A stretch of 63,458 nt of DNA, the filler included, from Octopus bimaculoides (Eukaryota), in the NCBI RefSeq assembly GCF_001194135.2. It is 5 parts of 5 records of this genome, joined end to end, with 100 filler letters (N's around TTAATTAATTAA, not from the genome) between each part and the next. Parts side by side here need not be neighbours in the genome. Positions count along the whole stretch, not along the records: positions 1 to 15,323 come from NC_068985.1; positions 15,424 to 37,362 come from NC_069002.1; 3 more parts are not named here. The stretch is one strand, 5' to 3'. The notes below the pieces were generated by a model. That model saw only the letters and a list, made by a program, of their open reading frames with translations, had not been told where the DNA came from and ran no database searches. Positions 12,671 to 25,240 of the stretch are shown piece after piece. Numbering within the stretch: the stretch's first letter is position 1; every line of letters starts with the position of its first letter. Made by a program: the position numbers and the translations under genes.

Positions 12671-14802
12671 AAGCAATTACAATCAAGCAGATAGAACATC
12701 GCTCTGCTTTCACACTAAATAATTCAGTTGTTAGAGCAACTGAACAACTTTCTAATTGTATAAACGTGTAAATAGTTGAATTTTCTGCACAACACGTATT
12801 TTTCAAGTACTCTTCAGACAGAATAACATAATACAATGATGGAAAAGTTTGTCCATTTTGAATTACTGTCACATTCTATCAACCCAGTACCAATCGTAAG
12901 GTTTGGAGCCATACGAAATCATGATAAAGAGAAACTTTATCAAGTGTATACGCAGGATTTCAAAACTGCAAAACTATGCCTGCCTCCTAACGCACGAAGC
13001 AATACTAGAGATATTTTAGGAATCATGCTGAGATAAGACTAATTCTACCTTCCAAGCCAATATAGCTTCCAAACTGCCATTAAAAAATGTGGAGCATGGT
13101 AATATGCTATGAAAATATAGTAATAAAATAAGAAATGATTTGCACATTAGAAGAGATAAATATTGTACGTTTCAATGCTGTTCTAAGATCACTTTTACGT
13201 AGTAAATCTCTGGAAATTGTTAGAAACGCGCGGTTTTAGGAAATCGAGGCCCAGTTTGGTTAGAAATAAGAACACTACATATTACTATATGGTTATTTTA
13301 TGATATTCACTAATAGAAACATCTTAATTTTCCGAGGTTATCGACATCATGACGAAACTATTTGCACAATTCTATTTGCGTATTTCATAAATTATTTAGA
13401 AAGTTGTGAATCATTCTAACCAATAGTATTCCCCTATGTTTCCATTTCGGTGAAGCTGAAGTTGGTTTATAATAGATACTTGCTTAAATATTCCCATATG
13501 TATCCATTTATCGAGTTTATATTCTATTAAATAATTCGTATACAATGTTCAAATTTTACTTTATATTTTCTTGATATCTACGCAGATTTTAGTATGATAT
13601 ATTTGTCTGGATATTTTGTCCGCATTATTGAATAAATATAACATTTGAAACTATTGCATGACATGAAGGCGTTATTATTACTCATAAGCTGAGATGTATT
13701 TATAGAAGACAAAATCTAAAGCCTTTCACAAACCACATACTATGTTACTGTTAATTTAAATGTCAGGGCTACTTATAGCCACATGCTATACTATTGTTAA
13801 TTAAAAGCGCATCAGGTGTTATGGAAAGTGTCAAGGAATTGTGTCATTCTTATCTATTCCATTAACGTTTAGCTGTGGTGTAAGAAAGCAGCTTAATTGC
13901 CTTTAAACATTCGGTGGAATGTTTGATGTATTTACTCAATGCATGCAGATGTTGCAATAGCAGCAGTATTCTCCAACATAAAATTTTAAGATGATTAAGC
14001 ATAAGCCCATGTTCGTATATTCACAATACATGAAACAATTTACAGGGGAGAAAATCTGAAGAATTATGCGCATTAATTTCATTGGTTATTAAACTACAGC
14101 GTACGTACGTTGATTCATTTTATTCAAGCTAAGTGAAGGTTCCGCAATGTGATCAGTGGACCTGATACAGATCGCAACATAGCAGAGCGAATAAAATTTA
14201 TTGGATAATGTTTTCCTTTACATATATAGACAAAAGCGTGATGGTCATAATTAGAATGGCTTTAATCATAGTTTTTAATCAAATTTCACTTTCATTTAAA
14301 CACCAGCAACGAGAGCAAGAGCACTTAGATTTATTTATTGATTTTATGTAAATATGAAATATATCTTCTATATACGCGGCTTATTCAACACACACAGGTC
14401 ATAAATTACTTCACTAACAAACTTGATCAGTTATCAATTTGAAGCTTAATGAATTGAATTAATTACAAAGAGAGCATGTCTTATTCCATATTTGTAATGC
14501 TTCTTGACATAAAGCATTGCATCTACTTCATAGAATCAAATTAAGTTCGTGGTACGGAGCTTTTAATACGTGTCAAATGTATATGCTTACAGAGAATTTG
14601 AGTGAAACAGAATATTTTACGCATGACTGTGAGTTGAATTATGTGATGCATAATTGTGCGCATGAGTCTATGTAGGTGTACATAAATATATACATTTAGA
14701 TATTCAGTTTATATTCATGTCAATATATAAACTATTCCATGAAAAACTTAATACTTATATCTATACACTTGCATGGATTGAAACAGATAGGTTAGATAGA
14801 TG

Positions 14803-14849
<47 letters not shown>

Positions 14850-14854
<5 letters not shown>

Positions 14855-15323
14855 TTAGCCACACAGGGCTCAACATAGAGGGGACAAAATACAAATGTAG
14901 AGTTTTTCTTTTCGATGGGGACGAAAATAAGTAAAAAAATTAAAATGGGAATAACGATGAAAACGCATCGAGAAAACATTTGGCGTATGTACAAAAAATG
15001 AAAATATTACAAAAATTTCCCAATAAATGGGGAGATTATCCGTGGAAAGAAAAACCTATGGAAAAGACCACGGTAACCTCGGTCCTTAGTGTCACAATTT
15101 GTTAAATAAAATTTCTTTTATTTATAAAAGAAACGTAAGTAACTCTCTGATTACAAAATTTTAAACGTTTTATAGAATCATGGTCAAGGTGGCTTCGTCA
15201 TTTATACGTGCCATTCTTGCTACATGTATCCATCTTTTTTCGAAACATTTGCTAGACAACACTTGCCTCTCTACTCCCACCTTCCTTTTCAAGTGATACT
15301 TGAAAAAGTTGATGAGAGATTGA
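14850..15323 (-). mobile_element. 3' end of a Tx1/L1-like LINE (ORF2 C-terminus plus 3' UTR), cut by the scaffold join
   Basis: Minus-strand QSLINFFKYHLKRKVGVERQVLSSKCFEKRWIHVARMARINDEATLTMIL* resembles the Tx1-clade ORF2 end. The element terminates in a (TCTA)n array. Confidence 0.5.
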
Positions 15324-15423
15324 NNNNNNNNNNNNNNNNNNNNNNNNNNNNNNNNNNNNNNNNNNNNTTAATTAATTAANNNNNNNNNNNNNNNNNNNNN
15401 NNNNNNNNNNNNNNNNNNNNNNN
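15324..15423. other. Artificial scaffold spacer
   Basis: 44 N + TTAATTAATTAA (15368-15379; stops in all six frames) + 44 N. Confidence 0.97.
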
Positions 15424-15495
<72 letters not shown>

Positions 15496-16165
15496 GATGC
15501 ATGGTTTCGACTATGCCAAAAACGAAGTTTACCATAACAATAAACAACAACAACGAACCCTTCAACGTTCTTTACAACCTCCATCTTTTGTGTAACCTGT
15601 CCCCTGCAAACCTCATTGTTCCTGCCCCCACAGCACTCACCATTGTTGTTAGCGTGCGTCTCTATAAAACCCTTTATGAATCCAAAAGAACTAAAACTAA
15701 ACGAGTGTCACACTTTTAATGGCTACAGTTCACTTGGCCACTGTATGTTACAATCAGTAACATTATAGTCTGTCTGAAAGCTGAATTAAAACTCCACTTC
15801 ATATAGCAGTTAAATTTTACTTGTTACTTCAATCTATTTAATACCGGGGACAAATTAGTGTAATTTAAAGTGGTCGCATTTGCTCAGGTAACATTTTCTC
15901 TTATCTTTTGATGAGATGAAACGGACGACAAGAGCTGCTGCAGCAGACATGCGCAGAAAGGGGGGGGGGAGAAAACGTCATTATCTTTATGGCTGTGTAA
16001 ACTCACGTAACGTTAGACTTCCACCCTAAAAGCTTTCTTATCTCCGACTATTCTTGTCATCATCGTAAAACATTTATTTCAATTCAATTACTGACTTTTC
16101 AGCCTCTTCTTCCCCTTCAGGCTAATTTTAAATAAGCTTTGACGTGATTATTCCATGTAAAAACG

Positions 16166-16234
<69 letters not shown>

Positions 16235-18217
16235 ATAGAGATAGAAATGAAATAAAACAAAATATAATATAAAGAAGGAATGAAAAAGAAAATGAAGAGA
16301 AACGACCATAAAACGAAAGGAACAACAACAACAATAACGGTAGAAACAAAAATAACAATGTGGAGGAAAACAAATAAATGAAGAAGAATAGAATAAAATA
16401 AAATAAAATCAAACAAGAAATGAACGCCTGACTTTCACATTCACATGACTAAAGCTTTGATTCCTCTCACCTTACTAGTGTAATCGAAATGGTGTCATAA
16501 AGAACGCAAATACCTGTAGGCTACTGTACGTAACATTAAGAAGGAGAAGAAAAAGCATTAGGAGAAGAAAGAGAAAAATAAACTGGGGAGGAAGAAGGTG
16601 AAGGAGGTGTAAGAAGGACGGGAGGAGCAGGAGGAGGAGAAGAAGAGCAAAGGTAACAACTACAGCAACGGCGAAACAACAACAACAACATTTTGTGGCA
16701 GTTATAGTTGTAAATACGACAGCAGCAACAATAACCTCCATTGTAATGTCAACGAAGAACTGAGAACTGTTTCAGGAAAAAAATAAAATGAGGCTGCAGC
16801 AGCACGATCGGCGATGACGACAATACCACTGTCGCCACCACCAACACAATGACGGCGCCGAAGACAACGATGACGGCCACCAACACCACCAGCACCAGCA
16901 TCAGCAGTACCACAGGTACCACCAGACCACCAGTACCAGCAGCAGCAGTACCACCACCATCAGAAGCACCAACAGCACCAGCATCATCAGAAGTAGCACC
17001 CNNNNNNNNNNNNNNNNNNNNNNNNNNNNNNNNNNNNNNNNNNNNNNNNNNNNNNNNNNNNNNNNNNNNNNNNNNNNNNNNNNNNNNNNNNNNNNNNNNN
17101 NNNNNNNNNNNNNNNNNNNNNNNNNNNNNNNNNNNNNNNNNNNNNNNNNNNNNNNNNNNNNNNNNNNNNNNNNNNNNNNNNNNNNNNNNNNNNNNNNNNN
17201 NNNNNNNNNNNNNNNNNNNNNNNNNNNNNNNNNNNNNNNNNNNNNNNNNNNNNNNNNNNNNNNNNNNNNNNNNNNNNNNNNNNNNNNNNNNNNNNNNNNN
17301 NNNNNNNNNNNNNNNNNNNNNNNNNNNNNNNNNNNNNNNNNNNNNNNNNNNNNNNNNNNNNNNNNNNNNNNNNNNNNNNNNNNNNNNNNNNNNNNNNNNN
17401 NNNNNNNNNNNNNNNNNNNNNNNNNNNNNNNNNNNNNNNNNNNNNNNNNNNNNNNNNNNNNNNNNNNNNNNNNNNNNNNNNNNNNNNNNNNNNNNNNNNN
17501 NNNNNNNNNNNNNNNNNNNNNNNNNNNNNNNNNNNNNNNNNNNNNNNNNNNNNNNNNNNNNNNNNNNNNNNNNNNNNNNNNNNNNNNNNNNNNNNNNNNN
17601 NNNNNNNNNNNNNNNNNNNNNNNNNNNNNNNNNNNNNNNNNNNNNNNNNNNNNNNNNNNNNNNNNNNNNNNNNNNNNNNNNNNNNNNNNNNNNNNNNNNN
17701 NNNNNNNNNNNNNNNNNNNNNNNNNNNNNNNNNNNNNNNNNNNNNNNNNNNNNNNNNNNNNNNNNNNNNNNNNNNNNNNNNNNNNNNNNNNNNNNNNNNN
17801 NNNNNNNNNNNNNNNNACACCAACTCCAACAACAACAACAACAACAACAGCATAACAATAACCGAATCATCATGAGCGACAGCAATGCTAGAAATAACCG
17901 CAAGAAGCAGAGCAACAATGATTGTGGTCACAGTTAGATAGGCAATATCTACTCATTGAAGATCGATAATGAGATATCTCTAAAGCTAAAGCAGATAAGT
18001 AATTTGATCGATTAGTTCGATCGGTGACACGTGATTTAAGACACTTCAAGAATGTTTATCGGGAAAGAACGCTACAACACAACGAAGGTTAAACGAGCAT
18101 CTTAATGAGAAAAAGCGCTCATTAGAACGCAGGTTAAAGTGATTGGGGAGAAGTAGATCTCGGTCGAGAGTAGAAAGCTGGAGAGGAATAGGACTCCGTA
18201 TGATTGGCTTGGATCTA

Positions 18218-18499
18218 CGTCGGTGTCGACGACGCGCGTTGCAGTTGTCACAATCAACAGAACAACCTGTTCGTGAAATTAACTTGCAAGGCTATTGACG
18301 TAGTTTTCGGGCAGATTCAGCGTGATACGGAATGTGTGAAGGCTGGCCCTTTCGAATTAGTGGCACAGCTAATTTTTGCCTGCTGAGTGAACGACAACAG
18401 CGTGAAACACTGTCTTGTTTAAGGATACAATGCACCGCCTGGATTCGAACTCGTGACCTTCCGATCGTGAGAGGAACAACCTAAGCACTAAGCCAAGCG
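18218..18499 (-). mobile_element. SINE family C (tRNA-like head plus 3' tail shared with family B)
   Basis: A-box-like ttggcttagtgc, B-box gagttcgaatcc. Tail aaagggccagccttcacac...cacgctgaatct...gttaatttcacgaacagg matches family B. Confidence 0.7.
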
Positions 18500-18752
18500 G
18501 TGAGGAGTAGATTTTGGCAGGGAGTGGAAACTTGCAAAGAGCTTGGGTTCAGGGTTTATCAGTAAAGAATATGAACCGTTTCGGGGACTTCTTTCGACGG
18601 CTTTTAACAGTGTACCTATCTCCTCATTGATGTGAAGCCCCGCCTACTGCATCAACTGACTAAGTTAACTTACAAGAGAATATAATATTTCGAGTCAAAT
18701 TGCCGGGACTTATAACTTGTCTAGACACAGGTTAATATGGAGCTTCTGTTGT

Positions 18753-18780
18753 GTACTTGCTTCGGCAGTTCATCTACTAA
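18753..18780 (+). pseudogene. U6 snRNA 5' fragment (5' stem-loop only)
   Basis: GTACTTGCTTCGGCAGTTCATCTACTAA is 23/28 identical to human U6 nt 1-28 and 26/28 to the GTACTTGCTTCGGCAGTACATATACTAA variant. The rest of U6 is absent. Confidence 0.7.
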
Positions 18781-18996
18781 GAGGTGGAGCTGTTCTTTAG
18801 CACCAGGTCTGTTAGCTCTCACCAAGTAGACCGACGATCAAAGGTGTTGCGGCAAATGAGAATACTCAAGGTCTTAAGACGATTGGGTGTGTGATTTGAC
18901 GGATTTCGATGCTATTTCTAGTAGATCAAGCTACCGCTAAGAGATTATTTCGAGGGTTTTTATAGAGTATCCGATACAGCTCACTCACTCACACAC

Positions 18997-19060
<64 letters not shown>

Positions 19061-19397
19061 CCTGTCTGTCTGCCTAAACATGTATTAACATATGTATATA
19101 TATATAAACAAGGCCATGTTTATCTGTAGAAAGAATCCATCCCCGCTCCCAATTAGCTGAGATTACTTCCATAAATGGATTAAACTGAAAACATTGCTAA
19201 CGCGTGACAATCCGATAAAATTCGACACCTTCCGTCATTTTCTGTTTTATTGCATTTATTTGATAGCTTATTTCTCTTTTAGTGTCTTATTTTTTTCCAT
19301 TCAAATATTCCTTTTAATTTTCTGCTTTCCTTCATATGTATGTTTATATATATACACACAAATACACAGACACACACAGACACACACACAGACACAG

Positions 19398-19438
<41 letters not shown>

Positions 19439-19815
19439 NNNNNNNNNNNNNNNNNNNNNNNNNNNNNNNNNNNNNNNNNNNNNNNNNNNNNNNNNNNNNN
19501 NNNNNNNNNNNNNNNNNNNNNNNNNNNNNNNNNNNNNNNNNNNNNNNNNNNNNNNNNNNNNNNNNNNNNNNNNNNNNNNNNNNNNNNNNNNNNNNNNNNN
19601 NNNNNNNNNNNNNNNNNNNNNNNNNNNNNNNNNNNNNNNNNNNNNNNNNNNNNNNNNNNNNNNNNNNNNNNNNNNNNNNNNNNNNNNNNNNNNNNNNNNN
19701 NNNNNNNNNNNNNNNNNNNNNNNNNNNNNNNNNNNNNNNNNNNNNNNNNNNNNNNNNNNNNNNNNNNNNNNNNNNNNNNNNNNNNNNNNNNNNNNNNNNN
19801 NNNNNNNNNNNNNNN

Positions 19816-19869
<54 letters not shown>

Positions 19870-20924
19870 TACATACATACGTACGCACATATATCTTAAC
19901 CATTTGTCTCCTACTAAGATATATAACATCTAATCAGATGAACGTGTTTTTCACCCAAAACAGTTTACATATAATAAAAATTTACTTGTTTGATGTAGAA
20001 TTTTCTGATTTCCTTCGATTTTACTCATACACTTCAACTTTAATACCAAGTTTTTTATTTTTCAAAAGAATATTATCCTTTCCGTATACAGTGACACTCT
20101 AAAACCATTTTAATAGACACTTAACGTAGATATCTCACAAAATGTTCTCTACATCCAATTCCACCGTTATTTTTCGACTGATTGACTAACTAACTTATTG
20201 GTAATTCAATTTACTTAACCTTCTCTGTTTTCTCATTTTCATACACTTTCGCAGAAAGTAAAGTTAATCGTCAAATCAAAGTGGTTGTTCCCTGTTACTA
20301 CTAGTTTAACCCCAGGCAGATCTTCCGCTAGCTGGTTATCGGTACAGCGTTGCACCATGTATATACATATATACTGCTAGCAGGGCAAGTAAACGCCTAC
20401 CATCTTCTAGCAGACAACAGTACCGCGATTCTGAGTCAGTTTCGCGCTAGTTGGCTCATTTTCAGTCGCAAGTACCTGGTCGCCAGAGCGATACCCAGTG
20501 GTCCGCTCTAGCCAGCAATATATTGTAAACAAAACGGTCATGGTGACTCATTTGCAACAGGTAAAATGAGAGTTTACAATTAGCTATATATATATATATA
20601 TATATGTTAGTAATGAAGAGAAGAACCACCAAAATGCAATTCAAACAATGAAGGAGATCAGGCACCATCAAGAAAGACGTGCTCTACAAAATACTAATTT
20701 ATAATATATAAAATGTAAAAGAAAAGTTTATAATCCATAAAATCTATAAAACATTAGATTAGAAATTTAATTCAGTTTAGTAAGTTTATAAAAAAGAAAG
20801 TGAATTATAGACTACGCGCGTTTCGTGGCCACATAATAGTAGAAATAATTTGTGCAATTTACAAAAAATCGATCAAGGTAAATTCCACTCAGATATATAC
20901 TCACACACATACAAATACATATAC

Positions 20925-21105
20925 ATATATACGGCTCTTCAATACCCTCCCGAAAGACTTGAGAGCCTACAAGGGTGGATGGAGATATCTTCAAAATAAA
21001 ACTTGATCTCCTACTGTCAAGAGTCACAGATGAATCAACTTCACAGCAGGAAGTGCAAATGAGGGCAGCGGCGTCAAACTCCCTCATGCACCAAATGTCA
21101 AGTTC
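20925..21105 (+). mobile_element. CR1-like LINE, extreme 3' ORF2 fragment
   Basis: RLFNTLPKDLR...FKIKLDLLLSRVTDESTSQQEVQMRAAASNSLMHQM matches the LFN.LP / FK.KLD / RAA.SNSL C-terminal pattern. Confidence 0.7.
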
Positions 21106-21214
21106 TACAAAGAATTAGTGAAGTAAAAATTATGTAGTAACACCAAATGGTCGTGTCCCAGCATGATCACAGCTCATGAGTTGAAACTAGTCCAATTCAA
21201 TTCAGTTTATATAC

Positions 21215-21271
<57 letters not shown>

Positions 21272-21837
21272 CTTGGATTTTGGCTTTGTTTCTGCACGTT
21301 GCAGTGTAACATGAAGATTTGATTCTTTTTGGAGATGGATGGGTACAATTTGAGGAAGATTTGGCTTCTATTTCTAGATGGATGTGACTTGAGGAAAATC
21401 TAGATATCATTTTCATATAAGATTGTGTGATTCAAGGCAGTTTTAGCTGTCATTTCTAGACGTTAAGTTCTCAGTTGCGTGTGATGTGACTGATATGTAT
21501 GAAAAATGACGCGCCGCAATGAGATTCTAGTTGATTCCTACAGTGGTATAAATAAATAGATAGACTGGCTCACATCGTTATTTATTTAATCTCTCAGAAT
21601 TTTTGACATTTTCAATAGCTTCATGGTGAACATGGAACCTACATGTTTTATAGTTATTTAAAAATTCCTCAAAATTCACTCTCCTTTCTTTACTAAATTA
21701 TCAACATTAGGAACTAAAAGCTACTTATTAAAATGCAGACATTCCCAATTATAAAGTCATTTGCCTAGTATATAACGTCAATGGCTTGATAATTATCAGA
21801 GTATCATTAATTAGTAATAATACTAGGTGTGGAGATA

Positions 21838-22120
21838 GGAGCGTGGCTTAGTGGTAAGGGTGTTGTACTTACGTTCATAAGGCTGTGGTTTCGATTCGTG
21901 GATGCGATGTGTTCTTGAGCAAAACACTTAATTTCACGTTGTTCCAGTTCACTTAACCTAACAAAAACGAATAATCCTGCGACGAGTCAGCATCGCCCAG
22001 GTCAAGTTTGCCTTTCATTCTTTCGAGATTGACCAAAAACTAGTCAAGTAATAGGATTAATGGTATCGACAGATTTCCTTCTCTAAAAAAAATTGCTGTT
22101 TTTGAGCCTAAATTATAAGC
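21838..22120 (+). mobile_element. Chimeric SINE: family C-type tRNA head and central block joined to a family A-type 3' half
   Basis: A box tggcttagtgg, B box ggtttcgattc, central tgtgttcttgagcaaaacactt, then gtcaagtttgcctttcattctttcgag as in family A. Confidence 0.55.
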
Positions 22121-22764
22121 CATTGGCTATACACTGTGTGTTATGGATGAATAAATATACGGTTAGTTTACGGTTAGGACATGTTAAACCGTGTTCAAGA
22201 TTCTCCAAAGATGTGAATTCGGGTGTAGAACTGATGACCTTGTTCGGACACCGGGTTGCGATCGCTCTTAGTTTCCCATTACCATTACTTCTGCCGGTTC
22301 AACACAATTAGATACGATTAGGTTTTAGCTATCTTCATCTTCAGAATCATTGTTTCACTTTAGCCATGTTTAATCAAAAAGCAGTGGATAGATCCAATCC
22401 GGCTAAGGTCAGACTTCGACAGAGTAGCGGCTAATTTTAACTTACGTCAATGTAGATGCCGTGAATCCTCTACATACTCAGAATGTGATGTATCTCCTAA
22501 CAAGACTGAAGATCACTTCATTTTGCATCGACCGTCTACTTTGTTACCGTGATGCAGGATGAGGCTGGGGACGGTGTAGTTATGAAAACAAGCCATGAAA
22601 TTGACGAGAAATACGTCAACTGGATTTCGAACGTAAATGTGGAGATGCGAGAGACAACATATGAAACACCAGCAAAAAAAAAAGTGCATTGAAATTTTCT
22701 ATATATTTCTCTATTAATATAGCTTTCACTACAAATGCTATGCAATTGGAGCAGAGGCGGACGG

Positions 22765-22810
<46 letters not shown>

Positions 22811-23722
22811 AGGAGAGAGGGAGAAAAAGTTATATATAGTGCTCTGTTATCAATTATTGCAGTTTTTTTCCCTTTCTGTTCTAGTTTTTGTTTTATGGTG
22901 AATGATAAAATGTTTCTGCTGTTTCTACTTATTGAAGCTGAATAGTGAGATGACGTGAGGCTGTGTTACATGTTTGTCCAATGTAACTGTTTCAGAAGAG
23001 GAAGTTAACAAACGTTTATGCTTGTATATGCATTTGTAAATGACATTAGTCATCTGACATTTTATTCAATGGTTTTTGTAGTCTTCGTTGTTTGTTGTTG
23101 ATAAGGAGATTTGTTGTCTTTTTTTTTTCTTGGAGTATTTGCCGTTTTTGTAATATATTATTAATGCTAGGTTATGATTGACTGTAATCTATGTTATGTT
23201 TCTGTGTTCTGTTTGATGACGTGTTTGATAGTGTTTTCATTTATTTTATAGCAATTTTGATAGTCAAATATTTTAGTAGATCAATTTATACGTATACATA
23301 CAGAAAAATATATTCAATACAATAAATACTACAGACAAAAACAACCAATAATAACAACAAAAAAAGCAACAAAATTATCAAACAATAACGATACATAGCT
23401 GTGTGGTTAAAACCACGAATTCGTCTCGTAACTCTGGTTTTGCGTTTGAGCTTAATTCTCAGACAATAGAGCAAATATTTAATTATGCTATATAAGACAA
23501 TTTTAGTCTTTGGGTTTGCAACTGTTGTTTCCTATTTGCTTACTCCTAAAAAGTATGCAAAGTAGCAACTATTTCCTCCAAACTTCGCTTTTGCTACATT
23601 TATTCAAACCCCAAAGAATCCCTCTCAACACGTGGCTATGATGCTCTCCCACTACATCTGCTCATGATCAGAGACGCACGTTTTGTCAGCTAGTAAGGGA
23701 CATGTTCAAATAGTTAAGGTCA

Positions 23723-24135
23723 AATATTTGCTATAACAATATTTCTGCTTCAGCAACTCAGAACTGAATCTGTCTGAAATGTAATGGAAACAGGTAAGTT
23801 TTAAAACATTGATGGTCAGTTCACAAAAGCAAAATTTGAAGAGCATAGTAGTCATTTCCTTTGATATCTAGATTGAAGCAAATACGAAATAATACTTAAT
23901 AACTGAAGACAACAAAGAAATCTGTGGTATTACGGAGAATATTTGCTATAATGATATTTCTGCTTCAGCAACTCAGAGCTGAATCTGTCTGAAATGTAAT
24001 GGAAAATCGGTCAGTTTCAAAAACATTGATGTCCAGGTCACAAAAGCAAACATTGAAGGAAATAATAGTTATTTCCTTTGATTGCTTGATGAAAGCAAAT
24101 AGGAAATAACACTTACAGACCAAAGACAAAATAAA
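23723..24135. repeat. Two-copy tandem duplication, period 215 bp
   Basis: aatatttgctata..atttctgcttcagcaactcag..ctgaatctgtctgaaatgtaatggaaa begins at both 23723 and 23938. Confidence 0.9.
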
Positions 24136-24327
24136 AAAAAATTGTTACATTGTGTTGTCATAGCCAATGGGTTGATTTAAAGTTTAGAAAAACATTTCGA
24201 ATGGGGAAACCCTAGATGCCAAAGAAATTATTCCTGTTTTGACTATTTTCCTCTCCGGTTTATTACGAACAATATATATATATATAATTTCTCTAAGAGA
24301 TCAACGCAGTAGTTGTACTGACAAGTA

Positions 24328-24810
24328 ATATTCGTAGCTACTTCAACATGGCTGTCCGTTCGAACGGACTCTACTACGAATTTTTATCCTCAAGAGGACA
24401 TCTCTAGCTGGTTAACGGTGCAGAGCTGTATTCGATAAACTGCGAGCAGTGGAGCGAACCCGTACCACCCTCTAACGACGGGACCAGTAGACCAGTCCTA
24501 ATTTCGGGCTATTTCTGTCACTCTTCAGCGACTGTATGTTCGCTTGGAGTATATATATTGCGAGCAGAAGCGAGCTACTGCCATCTGTAGAAGACGTGGT
24601 GTCCAGTACTGAAGAGTGAGGAAATAGCCCGAACCAGGACTGGTCTGCTGGTCCCGCTGCTAGAAGGTGGTAGGTGTTCACTCCTCTGTTCGGAATTTAT
24701 CGGATGTAGCTCAGCATCGTTAGCCAGCTAGAAGTGATGTCCTCTTGGGGTTAAAAAATCGCAGTAGAGTCCGTTCGAACTGACAGCCATGTTGAAGTGG
24801 CCACGAATAT
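24328..24810. mobile_element. Foldback MITE, 483 bp, with ~205-bp imperfect terminal inverted arms and TA on both flanks
   Basis: Left atattcgtagctacttcaacatggctgtccgttcgaacggactctact versus right reverse complement atattcgtggccacttcaacatggctgtcagttcgaacggactctact. TA at 24326-27 and 24811-12. Confidence 0.9.
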
Positions 24811-25069
24811 TATATATATATATATATNNNNNNNNNNNNNNNNNNNNNNNNNNNNNNNNNNNNNNNNNNNNNNNNNNNNNNNNNNNNNNNNNNNNNNNNN
24901 NNNNNNNNNNNNNNNNNNNNNNNNNNNNNNNNNNNNNNNNNNNNNNNNNNNNNNNNNNNNNNNNNNNNNNNNNNNNNNNNNNNNNNNNNNNNNNNNNNNN
25001 NNNNNNNNNNNNNNNNNNNNNNNNNATATATATATATATATATATATACATGCACACCTACATATATAT

Positions 25070-25240
25070 ACACAACAGGCTTCTTTAAAATTCCGTCTAC
25101 CAAATCTACTCACAAGAGATTTGTAGCCCCGAGATTATATTAGAAATGACTTGCTGAAGGTGTTACGCAGTGGAACTGAACCCGGAACCACTTGGATGGG
25201 AAGCAAGCTTCTTACCACACAACTAACACGTACACCTATA
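25070..25240 (-). mobile_element. SINE family D, 5' half
   Basis: Reverse complement: gtgtggtaagaagcttgcttcccatccaagtggttccgggttcagttccactgcg...gtagatttggtagacggaa. Confidence 0.8.

Noticed and set aside
15368-15379. Recurrent TTAATTAATTAA as a biological repeat or piggyBac-type site
   Set aside because: Always centred in exactly 44+44 Ns, so it is an assembly linker.
22520-22690. ~60-codon open frame (VMQDEAGDGVVMKTSHEIDEKYVNWISNV...)
   Set aside because: No good splice sites and no recognisable family; length is within chance expectation.
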